NCBI GenBank assembly: GCA_013374855.1
Contig: CP055308.1
Span: forward strand, 16,358 to 80,357
Reading direction: 5' to 3'
DNA: 64,000 bases
Source: Candidatus Woesebacteria bacterium
Lineage (GTDB): Bacteria > Patescibacteriota > Microgenomatia > UBA8517
The position numbers and the translations under genes are program-made. Below the pieces are notes generated by a model. That model worked only from the letters and a program-made list of their open reading frames with translations, was not told the DNA's origin and made no database searches. Positions 1-10,821 of the stretch are shown in pieces. How positions within the stretch are numbered: the first letter of the stretch is position 1; each line of letters begins with the position of its first letter.

Positions 1-598
1 CTTCGTTTTCTGGAGGAGAAACTCGAGGAATAACCTTAAGTGGCAACTTATCCTCTCCCCTTCTAACTATCAGGGAGACTTTCTCTCCCTTTTTTGAATC
101 AATATAAGAAACAAAAGATGAGGTATTGTCAATCAACTGACCATCTACACTTTCCAAAACATCATCCTTCAAGATACCAGCTTCTTGAGCAGGAGAACCG
201 GGCAAGACATCAATCACTCTAACAATTTTCGTATCCCTTGGGATGCCGGTAAAGAAATAGACAACAGAAAAAATAACAATCGCCAAAGCAAAATTCATCA
301 AAACCCCAGCTGTTACTACAAAGAGTCTCTGACCTTTAGACTTGAAAATAAAAGCTTTTTCCTTTTTAACTTTAGATGAGCTTTCCTCTCCATGCATCCT
401 CACAAAACCACCAAAAGGAAACCAGTTAAGAGAATAAATAGTACTACCAACTTTTTTACCAAAAATCCTAGGCGGAAGACCTAGACCAAACTCCTCAACC
501 CAAATACCAACTTTTTTAGCAGCCAAGAAATGACCCAGTTCATGGATTAAAATTAAAACGGAAAGAACTACTATAAAAGTTAAAATTGATATAAACAT
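1..598 (-). CDS. rseP: RIP metalloprotease RseP (M50, PDZ), 5' part; runs off window start
   Basis: Minus-strand frame from ATG at 598 reads MFISILTFIVVLSVLILIHELGHFLAAK..GIWVEEFGLG (HExxH of M50); ATG overlaps the frr stop (TAATG); not in the ORF track because it is open at the edge. Confidence 0.9.
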   Translation of the reverse strand, partial: MFISILTFIVVLSVLILIHELGHFLAAKKVGIWVEEFGLGLPPRIFGKKVGSTIYSLNWFPFGGFVRMHGEESSSKVKKEKAFIFKSKGQRLFVVTAGVLMNFALAIVIFSVVYFFTGIPRDTKIVRVIDVLPGSPAQEAGILKDDVLESVDGQLIDNTSSFVSYIDSKKGEKVSLIVRRGEDKLPLKVIPRVSPPENE

Positions 599-1155
599 TA
601 TACTTGCATCAACTCCTCTTTCTTCCTCTCTCCAAGTTCATTAATAAGCCCAACAAACTCATCGGTTATTCCTTGAAGCCTTTTTTCCTGATCAAATTTA
701 TCGTCTTCCCCCATTTCTTTATTTTCAAAAGATTTTTGAATCTCCTTCATAAAATCACCTCTTATCTGACGTATCATTACTCTGCCAGCCTCAAGTTTGG
801 TTGAAACTAGCTTAAGATATTTCTCTCTGTCCTCACTTGTCATAGGCGGAACAACTATTCTTATTTTCTCTCCACTTATTATCGGATTTAAATTAATGCC
901 ACTTGTTAAAATTCCCTGCCTTATTTCACCAATTATTGATTTATCCCAAGGTTCAATCTCTAAAGTTTGGGCATCCAGAACACTAATTGTTGCAAGCTCC
1001 TGAACCTTTAGTCTTTGCTGCCCACCATAAACAGACACCATCAAATCAGACACCAATGATGGAGAAACTCGACCGGCACGAACAGAAGCAACATCAGAGG
1101 AAACTAAATCCAAAACAGCCTGCATTTTTGACCTAACAGCTTTTTCGTCAAGCAT
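598..1155 (-). CDS. frr: Ribosome recycling factor
   Basis: SVRAGR..VSVYGG..IEPWDKS..IRIVVPPMTSEDR..RQIR motifs; rpsB-tsf-frr synteny. Confidence 0.96.
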   Translation of the reverse strand: MLDEKAVRSKMQAVLDLVSSDVASVRAGRVSPSLVSDLMVSVYGGQQRLKVQELATISVLDAQTLEIEPWDKSIIGEIRQGILTSGINLNPIISGEKIRIVVPPMTSEDREKYLKLVSTKLEAGRVMIRQIRGDFMKEIQKSFENKEMGEDDKFDQEKRLQGITDEFVGLINELGERKKEELMQV

Positions 1156-1172
1156 TACTTTTTATTTTATTA

Positions 1173-1634
1173 TTATTCCTTACCCAATTCCAGACGAACT
1201 ATTCTACCAACCCTTACATTTTCTCCTGTTTTTGCTATAACTTCCCTTATTAAATCAGAGACTTTCTTTGAAGGATCCTTTATAAAATCCTGAGACAAAA
1301 GGTCGTCAACATCTTTCGGCGACATGGAAGCAACCTGCATTGCCAGATCATACGCTAAATCCTGAAAAAGCTCGTTCCTGGCAACAAAATCTGTCTCGCA
1401 CAAAAGTTCCACCAGACCAGCTATTTTTTTTGAATGATGAACATAAGAAGAAATAACCCCCTGACTTGTAGTTCTGTCTGCTCTTTTTTCGGCTTTTTCA
1501 AAACCCTCCTCTTTCAGAATAATAGAAGCCTTTTCAACATCACCATTGCATTCTTCCAGAACCTTTTTAACCCTCATCACTGGAGCACCTGTTTCTTCTC
1601 TTAACCTTCTGATAAGATCAAAGTCTATTTTCAT
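1173..1634 (-). CDS. tsf: Elongation factor Ts (short form)
   Basis: IRRLREETGAPVM, ELLCETDFVARN, MQVASM, KTGENVRVGR. Confidence 0.96.
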   Translation of the reverse strand: MKIDFDLIRRLREETGAPVMRVKKVLEECNGDVEKASIILKEEGFEKAEKRADRTTSQGVISSYVHHSKKIAGLVELLCETDFVARNELFQDLAYDLAMQVASMSPKDVDDLLSQDFIKDPSKKVSDLIREVIAKTGENVRVGRIVRLELGKE

Positions 1635-2350
1635 TCTATTTCTAATTTCTTACCGGATTTAGCAAGCAATACTACCTCAGAAAGTAAATCAAAAACATAA
1701 GAAATAGCCTCAATTGAATCATCATTCATGGGAATGGGGTAATCAACTAAAGATGGGTCAGAATTGCTGTCAACTATAGCAATTGTGGAAACTCCAGTTT
1801 TCGCCGCCTCACTCAAGGCAGTCTTTTCTCTTTTTGTATCGACAATAAACAAGATATCAGGTCTATTCTCAATCCCTTGCAATCCCCCCAAAAACCTCTC
1901 TAATCTTTCTAATTCCCTTTGTAACAGAAGCCTTTCTTTCTTTGTGTAATCCTTTAAAAGACCGCTCTCAAGCTTTTCTTTCAAATCTTTCATCTTGCCA
2001 AGTGATTTTTTGATCTGATCAAAATTGGTAAGTGTCCCACCAAGCCACCTTTGATTTACATAATAAACTCCACATTTCTCTGCAATTTCTTTAGTTTTTT
2101 CAGCCAATTGTTTTTTTGTGCATACCAACAAAATAGATTTACCCTCAGAAACAGCTTCCGATATAAAAAGAAAAGCATCTTTCAGAAGATCTTTTGTCTT
2201 TATTAAATCAAAAATATGAACACCTTCCTGCTCTCCATACAAGTATTCCTTTATCTTAGGATTCCACCGCCTTGATTGATGACCAAGATGGGCTCCAAAT
2301 TCTGCCAGCTTCTCTATTGATATTTGTAATTTATTTTTTGTTTTCATCAC
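1631..2350 (-). CDS. rpsB: 30S ribosomal protein S2
   Basis: GAHLGHQSRRWNPK, RWLGGTLTNF, IVDSNSDP, IPMNDD. Confidence 0.97.
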   Translation of the reverse strand: MMKTKNKLQISIEKLAEFGAHLGHQSRRWNPKIKEYLYGEQEGVHIFDLIKTKDLLKDAFLFISEAVSEGKSILLVCTKKQLAEKTKEIAEKCGVYYVNQRWLGGTLTNFDQIKKSLGKMKDLKEKLESGLLKDYTKKERLLLQRELERLERFLGGLQGIENRPDILFIVDTKREKTALSEAAKTGVSTIAIVDSNSDPSLVDYPIPMNDDSIEAISYVFDLLSEVVLLAKSGKKLEIE

Positions 2351-2384
2351 AACCTAGCAATATTATCAATTTGCAATAAACTTA

Positions 2385-3206
2385 TCAAGAAGTATTCTTC
2401 TCTAAAGCACCAAAAAGATTCTCCATTAAAAAATAAACTGTCAAAGGGCCCACTCCACCAGGAACCGGTGAAATAAAAGCAGCCTTATCGACAACATCCC
2501 TTTTTACATCGGGCTTTGGATAACCCAAATCGATGACTACAGCACCGCTTTTGATATCTTTGACCCCCAAAACACTGGGGGTGCCTGTTGCCGAAACAAC
2601 CACATCTGCAGTTTTAATCAATCTCCTCTTAACCACACTTCCTCTGTCAACACCAAAGACTCTAAAGCCTTCTCTACGAAGCAGGTCAACAATTTTACCT
2701 CCCTCAAACCCCCTAGACCCTATAACAACCACCTTGTAGGGAGCCTCCTTCAATGGTAGTCGCACAATATTGGCAGAATAGTTTACCACCTCTAAAACTG
2801 CAAGAGCAGCTGGATTCTCAAAAAAAGAATTACTTCCCATACCATCAACATCTTTAGCAGGATCTATTTTATTAACCAGAAAATCACGATCACCAGCAGA
2901 AAAACAAGAAGGTAGTGGCAATTGAATCATAATTCCATGTACATCCTTATTTTTATTCAACTTATCAATAAAAGCAGCTAATTCTTCTATCTTTGCATCC
3001 TTACCAAACTCATATACAGAAAGATTACCACCCAAACTCTCCAGCACCCTTTTCTTTAGATTAGTGTAAAAAAGACTTGCCTTATCAGGAAATACAAGAA
3101 TAGAAGCAAGATGAGGAGATGGCTTTGTTTTAAATTTTCCTATTTTTTCCTTAAGCTTATCAATTTTTTGAGAAAAATAACTTCTACCATCAAAAATAAA
3201 TACCAT
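2385..3206 (-). CDS. folD: Methylenetetrahydrofolate dehydrogenase/cyclohydrolase
   Basis: HGIMIQLPLP, KDVDG, VIDLG, SPVPGGVGPLTV. Confidence 0.93.
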   Translation of the reverse strand: MVFIFDGRSYFSQKIDKLKEKIGKFKTKPSPHLASILVFPDKASLFYTNLKKRVLESLGGNLSVYEFGKDAKIEELAAFIDKLNKNKDVHGIMIQLPLPSCFSAGDRDFLVNKIDPAKDVDGMGSNSFFENPAALAVLEVVNYSANIVRLPLKEAPYKVVVIGSRGFEGGKIVDLLRREGFRVFGVDRGSVVKRRLIKTADVVVSATGTPSVLGVKDIKSGAVVIDLGYPKPDVKRDVVDKAAFISPVPGGVGPLTVYFLMENLFGALEKNTS

Positions 3207-3367
3207 AAATTATAATTGCTAATTCTAGATTATGAATCAAATTTATACAAGACTACAAAAAAACACCAAATTTCAGATTCCAACAAACAACAATGTTTAG
3301 AAAACGAAAAAAATTCTAGAACAAATGACCATAGAGATTTATTACTCAAGAAGAAGCCAAAAATAAT

Positions 3368-4678
3368 TCAAAAATCAACTGGAAATTCACTGCAAAGTTT
3401 CCTAACTTCCTTCGCAATATTCAAGAGGAATCTATCTTTCCTTATCCTATCCCTAAATCTTTTTAAAAATTCAGATCTTTCCTTAGGTCTTTCTGGCAAT
3501 TTGTGAGGTTTAACATAACCAACTACCTTTGTAATCAAGCCAGCAATTAATTCCATTTCTTTTTCTTTCATTCCCCTTGTCGTCAATGCTGGTGTGCCAA
3601 GACGAATCCCCGAAGGATAAAAAGGAGGCATTGTATCATTTGGAACAGAATTCCTGTTAACAATAATACCAGCTACCTCAAGTGATTCGGCAACCACATT
3701 TCCAGAAAGCCCAATCGGTCTTAAATCAACCACCATAAGATGACTTTCAGTTCCACCACTAACAAGCTTCAGACCTCCATTCTTCAATCCCTTAGCTAAA
3801 ACCTTTGCATTATTAACAACCTGTAAGGCGTATTTTCTAAATTTAGAGCTATCTGCTTCAATCAAAGCTTGTAGGATCCCCGCTGTTGTATTGTTGTGAG
3901 GTCCACCCTGAAGACCAGGAAAAACAGCCCTATCAATTTTAGAAGCAACACCAGCATCTTTAACCAAACCTTTCTTTGTAACCATAACCATAGCTCCTCT
4001 AGGTCCCCTTAATGTCTTATGTGTTGTTGTTGTAATAATATGAGCAAATTCAACAGGAGACGGATAAACACCAGCCAGAACCAGACCGCTAACATGAGAT
4101 ATATCAGCCACAAACCAAGCTTCAATTTTATCTGCAATTTGTGCAAAACGTTTCCAATTAATAATAAGAGGATAGGAGGTTGTACCAATTATTATCAACT
4201 TAGGCTTAATTTTCAAAATCAGCTTCTCTGCTTCATCATAATCTATAACACCATTATCATCCGTCCCAAATTGATAAGACTTAAAAAACTTCCCAGAAAA
4301 AGTAATATCAGGATGCCCATGAGTCAAATGCCCTCCGGATGATAACTTAAGACTTGAAATTCTATCTCCACGATTTAAAAGAGCAAATAATACTGCATCA
4401 TTGGCAGGAGAACCAGAATAAGGCTGAACATTAACATGCTCTACCTCAAAAAGCTTCTTGGCTAAATCAACCGCCGCTTTTTCAATCCTATCAACAATCT
4501 CATTTCCCTGATAATACCTCTTACCAGGATAGCCTTCAGAATATTTATTCATCAAGACAGAACCAACAGCTTCTCTTACCGCCCTTGAGGTGTAATTTTC
4601 AGAAGGAATCATCATCAAAGTTTCCTTTTGCCTTTTTTCCTCTTGTTTTATAAGTTCCGATAAACTAATTCTTTTCAT
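3368..4678 (-). CDS. glyA: Serine hydroxymethyltransferase
   Basis: IPSENY, NKYSEGYPGKRYY, GGHLTHG, TTTTHKTLRGPRG, GIRLGTPALTTRG. Confidence 0.98.
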   Translation of the reverse strand: MKRISLSELIKQEEKRQKETLMMIPSENYTSRAVREAVGSVLMNKYSEGYPGKRYYQGNEIVDRIEKAAVDLAKKLFEVEHVNVQPYSGSPANDAVLFALLNRGDRISSLKLSSGGHLTHGHPDITFSGKFFKSYQFGTDDNGVIDYDEAEKLILKIKPKLIIIGTTSYPLIINWKRFAQIADKIEAWFVADISHVSGLVLAGVYPSPVEFAHIITTTTHKTLRGPRGAMVMVTKKGLVKDAGVASKIDRAVFPGLQGGPHNNTTAGILQALIEADSSKFRKYALQVVNNAKVLAKGLKNGGLKLVSGGTESHLMVVDLRPIGLSGNVVAESLEVAGIIVNRNSVPNDTMPPFYPSGIRLGTPALTTRGMKEKEMELIAGLITKVVGYVKPHKLPERPKERSEFLKRFRDRIRKDRFLLNIAKEVRKLCSEFPVDF

Positions 4679-4924
4679 ATAAGAAAACCTTTAAAATTAA
4701 CTTAAACATAGCTACCATCTCCTCTGTATTCATCAAACACTATTGGAGGCGTAACCATTTGCATTGCTCCTCCCAGAGTCTTTCCAAAAAACCAGATTAG
4801 ACACATCAAAACTCAAAATCCAAAAATAAGACTTAAAACTTATCACAAAATTTTTTTAATTTTGAGTCTTAACTTTTGAATCATTCTCAAATCCTCTATT
4901 CTCTCCAAATAAGCCGTCTTCATT

Positions 4925-6898
4925 TTAGTTCCTAGGCATTTTCCAAGAAGCCCACTTACAATCAGGGTAGCGGGAACATCCATAAAACCTCTTGCCTTTT
5001 CCTGTTTTTTTCACCACAACTTCACCTTTTTGGCATTCAGGACAGAAAATTCCCACTCTTTCCACATACTTTTCCCTGTACTTACACTCTGGAAAATTTG
5101 AACAAGAAATAAACTTACCAAACCTTCCTATTCTTACAACCAATTCCCCTTTCCCACATTCTGGACAATTTCTACCGACTTTTTCTGTTTCTATCTTCAC
5201 TCTTGTAGAATTTGCTTCAACTTCAGAAAGAACCTTACTGAAAGAATCCCAAAAAAGAGAGATAAGTTTATGCCACTCAACCTTCCCTCTTGCAACCTCA
5301 TCAAGACCTTCTTCCATTTTTGCAGTAAAACTATAATCAAAAGTATCCTTAAAATTTGGAATCAAAAAATCATTAACTGCTATCCCAACTTTTGTAGGGA
5401 AAAACTTACCATCTCTCTTTTCAACATAATTTCTAAGTTGAATTGTACTTATAATGGGAGCATAAGTAGAAGGTCTTCCTATACCTAATTTTTCAAGAGT
5501 TTTTATCAAAGATGCCTCATTATAGCGAGATGGTGGCTGAGTAAAGTTCTGCACTGCTTCTGGTTCAATCAAAAAAACCTCATCCTCTTTTGATAAATCA
5601 GGAATAAAGATATCTTCTTCTTTCGGTTTATTTGAATAAACTGAAAGCCAGCCGTCAAACTTAAGCTTTAATCCAGACAACAAAAAATAAAACCTATCAG
5701 AATCATTTAAACCTTCTATATTAACTTTAGTTTCATTATAAATAGCATCCGACATTTGGCATGCAACAAAACGCTTCCAGATAAGATCATAAAGCCTATG
5801 AAGATCAGGTTCCAACTCAAGATCTTTAGAATAAGGCTTTAAAAATACATCAGTAGGTCTTATTGCTTCGTGAGCTTCTTGAGCTGATTTTACTTTCTTC
5901 TTAAAAAAATGGGGTACAGACGGAAGATATTGACTACCAAAATCTCGAACAATAATATCACGAACCCTCTCCAAAGCAGTCTGTGCAATATTAACAGAAT
6001 CGGTTCTGTGATATGTGATCAATCCCTTCTCATAAAGCCTTTGAGCTACTGTCATAGTTCTCTTAGAAGACCAATAATAAAGATTTGCCGCCTTTTGTGT
6101 CATAGTAGAAGTAGTAAAGGGAGGCGGAGCTTTTTTTCTAACTTCTTTTTTTGCAATATCCGAAACTAAAAAACTAGCTTTTTTAATTTTTTCTAAAATA
6201 AAATATGCTTCTTCTCTACTTGAGATTTTCGGCTTATTACCGTTCATTTTAATCAATTTAGCTTTAAAAGTATCTCTTTTCTCCCGTTTTTTCGAAAAAA
6301 CCGCAAATATTTCCCAATATTCCTCTGGTCTAAAGGTTTCTATTTCTCTTTCTCTTTCAACAATAAGTCTAACTGCTACGGTTTGAACTCTACCCGCAGA
6401 CAAACCTCTTCTAACTTTTTTCCAAAGCAGTGGAGATAGTTTATATCCAACCAATCTGTCCAAAACTCTTCTTGCTGTTTGAGCATAAACAAGCTTTTTA
6501 TTTATGTCCCCAGGCTTTTTTAAAGATTCAAAAATAGCATCTTTTGTTATCTCATGAAAAGTAATCCTCTTAATTTTATCTTTCTTATATTTAGCCTTAT
6601 CCAAAATAATCTCTGCTATATGAGAAGCTATCGCCTCCCCCTCTCTATCTGGGTCTGTAGCAAGAAATATAAAACCATCATTTATCGATTTTAAACTCTT
6701 AATTATTTCATCTAAAATCTTTTCTTTCTTCTCAACTATTCGAAAATCCGGCTCAAAATTATTTTCTATATCAACTCCCAAAACATTTTTCGGCAAGTCT
6801 TTAACATGACCCATTGAAGCCTTTATAAGATAGTCTCCTCCTAAAAACTTACTTAAAGTTTTAGCTTTGGTTGGACTTTCAACTATTATCAAATTCAT
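4925..6898 (-). CDS. topA: DNA topoisomerase I with C-terminal Zn ribbons
   Basis: LIIVESPTKAKT, ATDPDREGEAI, SAGRVQ, ITYHRTDS, AHEAIRPT, GIGRPSTYA. Confidence 0.98.
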   Translation of the reverse strand: MNLIIVESPTKAKTLSKFLGGDYLIKASMGHVKDLPKNVLGVDIENNFEPDFRIVEKKEKILDEIIKSLKSINDGFIFLATDPDREGEAIASHIAEIILDKAKYKKDKIKRITFHEITKDAIFESLKKPGDINKKLVYAQTARRVLDRLVGYKLSPLLWKKVRRGLSAGRVQTVAVRLIVEREREIETFRPEEYWEIFAVFSKKREKRDTFKAKLIKMNGNKPKISSREEAYFILEKIKKASFLVSDIAKKEVRKKAPPPFTTSTMTQKAANLYYWSSKRTMTVAQRLYEKGLITYHRTDSVNIAQTALERVRDIIVRDFGSQYLPSVPHFFKKKVKSAQEAHEAIRPTDVFLKPYSKDLELEPDLHRLYDLIWKRFVACQMSDAIYNETKVNIEGLNDSDRFYFLLSGLKLKFDGWLSVYSNKPKEEDIFIPDLSKEDEVFLIEPEAVQNFTQPPSRYNEASLIKTLEKLGIGRPSTYAPIISTIQLRNYVEKRDGKFFPTKVGIAVNDFLIPNFKDTFDYSFTAKMEEGLDEVARGKVEWHKLISLFWDSFSKVLSEVEANSTRVKIETEKVGRNCPECGKGELVVRIGRFGKFISCSNFPECKYREKYVERVGIFCPECQKGEVVVKKTGKGKRFYGCSRYPDCKWASWKMPRN

Positions 6899-7974
6899 AT
6901 TCTCTTATAACTTCCTCCCCCCAAACTTTTAACCAAACCCTTTATTTCCATAAGCGAAAGTTTAGCTGAAATCAAAGAAACTTCCAACCCCAAAATTCTG
7001 GAAATCTCATCAAGATGCAGAGATTCCCTAGATATAATCTCAAGTATCTTGCTTTCCACTTCATCTGTCGGAGCTACTTTCAAAGCTTTATTTTTATCCA
7101 ATCTAAACTGCAAATCCAATTCTTCCAGAACATCAGCAGGAGAAAATGCTATTCTCGCACCATTTTTAATCAAAAATTCAGAAGCTCCAGACATTGGAGA
7201 GGTAATTTGGCCAGGAACTGCAAAAACAACTCTTCCTTGTTCAGCAGCATGACTTGCTGTTAATAATGTTCCACTTTTCTTTTCGCCTTCTACAACAAGA
7301 ACAGCTTTCGAAAGTCCAGATATTATTCTATTGCGAAAAGCAAAATTAGGTCGCAAGGCTGGATATCCTAAGGGGAATTCAGAAACCAAAGCACCGTTTT
7401 TTGCTATTTCCAAAGCTAGCATTCTGTTTTCCGGAGGATAAATAACATCAATACCTGATCCCAAGACTGCTATTGTCCTTCCACCTGACTCAAGAGCTAT
7501 TTTGTGAGCAATAGTATCAATACCGCGAGCCAATCCTGAAACTATAGTAATACCAACATTTGAAAATTCCGAAGAGAAAACTTCAGTCACTTCTTTTCCA
7601 TAAGATGTCATTTTGCGGGAACCAACTATAGCTATCGCATTGCAATCCTCATCTTGTATCTCTCCTAAAACATAAATAACCAAAGGTGCCGAATCTATTT
7701 CCAGTAAATTTTTAGGGTAATCACTATCAGATTTGACAAAAACTTTAATTTTCAATTTATCTAACTTCCCTAAGTACTCCCGAGGAGAAAATTTTTTTCT
7801 ATAACAATCAAAATCAAAGACCAGTTTATCTCTCAATCCCACAGAAACCAAAGAAGAATTACTAGCATCCCAGACCTTCTTGGCACTACCAAAATAAGAG
7901 AGCAGAAGTGAAAGACGAGCCGGTCCAAAAGGAAAAAATGAAGAAAGACAAATTAGATATTCTCTCTCTGTCAT
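6895..7974 (-). CDS. dprA: DNA-processing protein DprA
   Basis: AIVGSR, IVSGLARGID, YPPEN, RNRIISGLS, SGTLLTA; start placed at MTERE, overlapping the pbp2 stop. Confidence 0.95.
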   Translation of the reverse strand: MTEREYLICLSSFFPFGPARLSLLLSYFGSAKKVWDASNSSLVSVGLRDKLVFDFDCYRKKFSPREYLGKLDKLKIKVFVKSDSDYPKNLLEIDSAPLVIYVLGEIQDEDCNAIAIVGSRKMTSYGKEVTEVFSSEFSNVGITIVSGLARGIDTIAHKIALESGGRTIAVLGSGIDVIYPPENRMLALEIAKNGALVSEFPLGYPALRPNFAFRNRIISGLSKAVLVVEGEKKSGTLLTASHAAEQGRVVFAVPGQITSPMSGASEFLIKNGARIAFSPADVLEELDLQFRLDKNKALKVAPTDEVESKILEIISRESLHLDEISRILGLEVSLISAKLSLMEIKGLVKSLGGGSYKRI

Positions 7975-9599
7975 TGAGCAGTTTTTTCTGAAAACCAAAA
8001 ATCAGCAATTTTGCGAGCAATTGGACCTGCCACCCTTGAACCTTCCCCGCCCTCTTCAACAAAAACAGTAGCGACGATCTGAGGATCATCAGTTGGAGCA
8101 AAAAAAGTAAACCAAGCATGATTAGTTTCTTTCTTACCTGTTTCTGCTGTTCCAGTTTTACAAGCCACCCTAATCGGAAAGTCAAAAAAAGTAGAACCCG
8201 TTCCACCAGGAGAACAAGCACCAATCATCCCTTCCCTAACCAGCTCCAAACTTTCTTTCCTAATACCCAAATCTCGACATCCTAGCTCTCCAACAAAATG
8301 TGGTCTACATAGCTTTCCACCATTAGCAATAGCAGCAATCGCGGTATTTATTCCTATCACTGTTGTAGAAAGATCTCCCTGACCAATAGAAAAGTGGTAG
8401 GTATTGCCCAAAAACCAGCTTTCCCCTTTTTCCTTCAGTTTCCATGCCGGAGTTGGAACTAATCCTTCCACCTCTCCAACAATATCTACCCCAGTCTTTT
8501 TATCAAGACCAAACTTCCTAGACCAAGCAACAATATTTTCAATCCCCAAAAGCTCTCCCACCTTGTAAAAAAAGGTATCAGTAGACCTCGCTAAAGCTCT
8601 AGTCAAATTTATTTCCCCTTCAGTTCTCCCATACTGGGTGAAGTACCAATTACGATAAGAAAACAATCCATATGGCGTTTCTATTGTAACCTGACCAGTA
8701 TCCAAATAGCGAAAATTTCTATCTACTTTACCCTCCTCAAGAGCAGCTACTGAAATCAATGGCTTAAACACAGACCCCGGATGATAAATACCGGCAACAA
8801 CCCTGTTAAACAAAGGCTGATTTTTATCCTTTAAAATAGATTCAAGTTTCTTTGTGTCCTTTAAAATAAAAGTGTTAGGGTCAAAAGAAGGAGAAGAATA
8901 AAAAGCAAGAATTTCACCATTTTTATCAGTAACCACCACTGCTCCTTTTAAATCTTTAAAAAGAGATGAAACTTGCTCCTGCAACTTGTAATCAACAGTA
9001 GTTTTTAAATCCTTGCCTTTCTGCGGCTCCTTTTTGCCCAAAAGACGAACTTTTTCCCCTCTTGTGTCTACTTCAATTAAAAGCTCCCCATCCTTTCCGC
9101 GCAACAAACAATCATAATATTGTTCCAAACCACCACGACCAATGATATCACCCGACTTTAATAAACCTAGAGTCTTGCAATAATCATAAGATTTACCCAA
9201 TTCTTCTGTAAAAACCTCGCTAACATATCCTGTTATATGAGCTGCTTTCTCTGAAAGCGGGTAGTGCCTTTGCCATTCTATTATTTTCTCCGCATTATTC
9301 AAATCAACATCATCTCCTTTTTCAGTCTTTATATAACCTAAGTGAGGATCAAAAACCACAAATTTATCAACTGACAGGCTTGTTGCCAAGACTTCCCCAC
9401 CCCGAGCCAAAATTTTTCCCCTTTCCGCAGAAATAAGCACTCTCCTTAAGCTGTTATTCTTAGCCAATGTGCGATAATACTCTCCTTTTATTACCTGCAA
9501 TTCCAGAGTTCTACCCAAAATAACTGCCAAAAAAACAAAAAGCAAAGTCCTATAAAACCAGACAAGCCAAAAGGAATCTTCTTTTTTATATTCAAACAT
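7971..9599 (-). CDS. mrdA: Class B penicillin-binding protein 2
   Basis: N-terminal TM, G..GLE.YYD dimerisation motif, SVFK (SxxK), STD (SxN variant), KTGTAE. Confidence 0.92.
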   Translation of the reverse strand: MFEYKKEDSFWLVWFYRTLLFVFLAVILGRTLELQVIKGEYYRTLAKNNSLRRVLISAERGKILARGGEVLATSLSVDKFVVFDPHLGYIKTEKGDDVDLNNAEKIIEWQRHYPLSEKAAHITGYVSEVFTEELGKSYDYCKTLGLLKSGDIIGRGGLEQYYDCLLRGKDGELLIEVDTRGEKVRLLGKKEPQKGKDLKTTVDYKLQEQVSSLFKDLKGAVVVTDKNGEILAFYSSPSFDPNTFILKDTKKLESILKDKNQPLFNRVVAGIYHPGSVFKPLISVAALEEGKVDRNFRYLDTGQVTIETPYGLFSYRNWYFTQYGRTEGEINLTRALARSTDTFFYKVGELLGIENIVAWSRKFGLDKKTGVDIVGEVEGLVPTPAWKLKEKGESWFLGNTYHFSIGQGDLSTTVIGINTAIAAIANGGKLCRPHFVGELGCRDLGIRKESLELVREGMIGACSPGGTGSTFFDFPIRVACKTGTAETGKKETNHAWFTFFAPTDDPQIVATVFVEEGGEGSRVAGPIARKIADFWFSEKTAQ

Positions 9600-9603
9600 T
9601 GCA

Positions 9604-10719
9604 TTATGTTAATCCCCTTGTTAACCTCACCTTAAAAAGAAGAGCAACATCTTCCAATAACTTCCCACAACCTCTGACAACAGCACTTAGAGGATCATCA
9701 ACAATATTAACCGGTATATTTACTGAGTCTCTAACTAATTTATCTATACCCTCAAGAAGAGCCCCGCCACCCGCTAGATAAATTCCACTTTGCATGACAT
9801 CAGCCACAAGTTCAGGCGGAGTTTCCTCCAAAACATCAGATATATTTTTTACAATCTCATTCACTATTGGCAAAATTGCTTCTCTAACCTCAAAACTAGA
9901 AAGCTTTACAGATCTTGGCAAACCCTTCTCTAAATCTCTTCCTCTGACCACAAAAAACTTTTCTTTTTCAGAAAAACAACTCCCAATAGACATTTTCGCC
10001 TCCTCTGCCGTTGTTTCTCCTAAAAGAAGAGAGTATTTTAGCCTAACATAATTAACTATTGCCTCATTCATTTCATCACCTGCTATTCTTATTGATCTTC
10101 CCAAGACAATCCCACCTAAAGAAATAACAGCAATTTCTGTTGTTCCCCCACCAATATCTACAATAAAAACTCCCTCTGGAGAGTCAACAGGTAATCCTGC
10201 ACCCACTGCTGCTGCCAGTGGTTCTTCAACTAGATGGACTTCTCTTGCCCCTGAAGACAAAGCAGCATCAGAAACCGCCCGACGCTCAACTTCTGTTACG
10301 CCCGACGGAATTCCTATAACTACTCTTGGACGTGGAATTCTAGGAATAGCTCCACCTGATTCATGAACTTTTTTGATATAAAAAGAGAGCATGCTCTCAG
10401 TTGCATCAAAATCAGAAATCACACCATCTTTTAATGGTCTCACAACTTCTATTGTTTTAGGAGCCTTACCCAACATTTTCCGAGCAGCACTACCTATCGC
10501 TAGTATCTCCTTGGTTTTCTTATTCCTTGCCACCACAGAAGGCTCTCTTATTAAAATTCCTTTACCACGCACCCAAACCAAAGTATTCGCCGTACCAAGA
10601 TCGATACCAACATCCAAAGACAAAGATGACAAAAGACGGCCAAAGACAAACCCACTAAAGAAAAGTTTGGGGTTAAATTCCTCAAGCTTAAGTTTTAATC
10701 TGTTAAGCTGCTTTCTCAT
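9604..10719 (-). CDS. mreB: Rod shape-determining actin homologue MreB (copy 1)
   Basis: GIDLGTANT, EPSVVA, IPSGVTEVERRAV, VDIGGGTTEIA, AGGGALL; start uncertain. Confidence 0.95.
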   Translation of the reverse strand: MRKQLNRLKLKLEEFNPKLFFSGFVFGRLLSSLSLDVGIDLGTANTLVWVRGKGILIREPSVVARNKKTKEILAIGSAARKMLGKAPKTIEVVRPLKDGVISDFDATESMLSFYIKKVHESGGAIPRIPRPRVVIGIPSGVTEVERRAVSDAALSSGAREVHLVEEPLAAAVGAGLPVDSPEGVFIVDIGGGTTEIAVISLGGIVLGRSIRIAGDEMNEAIVNYVRLKYSLLLGETTAEEAKMSIGSCFSEKEKFFVVRGRDLEKGLPRSVKLSSFEVREAILPIVNEIVKNISDVLEETPPELVADVMQSGIYLAGGGALLEGIDKLVRDSVNIPVNIVDDPLSAVVRGCGKLLEDVALLFKVRLTRGLT

Positions 10720-10821
10720 TTTGTCATTTTGGCTAAAGTATATCTTTTCTCTAAAACAATTCAAAGTGGATTTGCACTTCAAAAGATTGCCATTCCAACT
10801 ACCAGATGTTAAATTATTGTT

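Noticed and set aside
4700-4890. Riboswitch (ZTP/THF/glycine) upstream of glyA-folD
   Set aside because: Only a ggagg/cctcc hairpin and a partial ggaaagac..ggagcaa resemblance; core motifs are absent. The region reads more like a decayed small membrane ORF with in-frame stops
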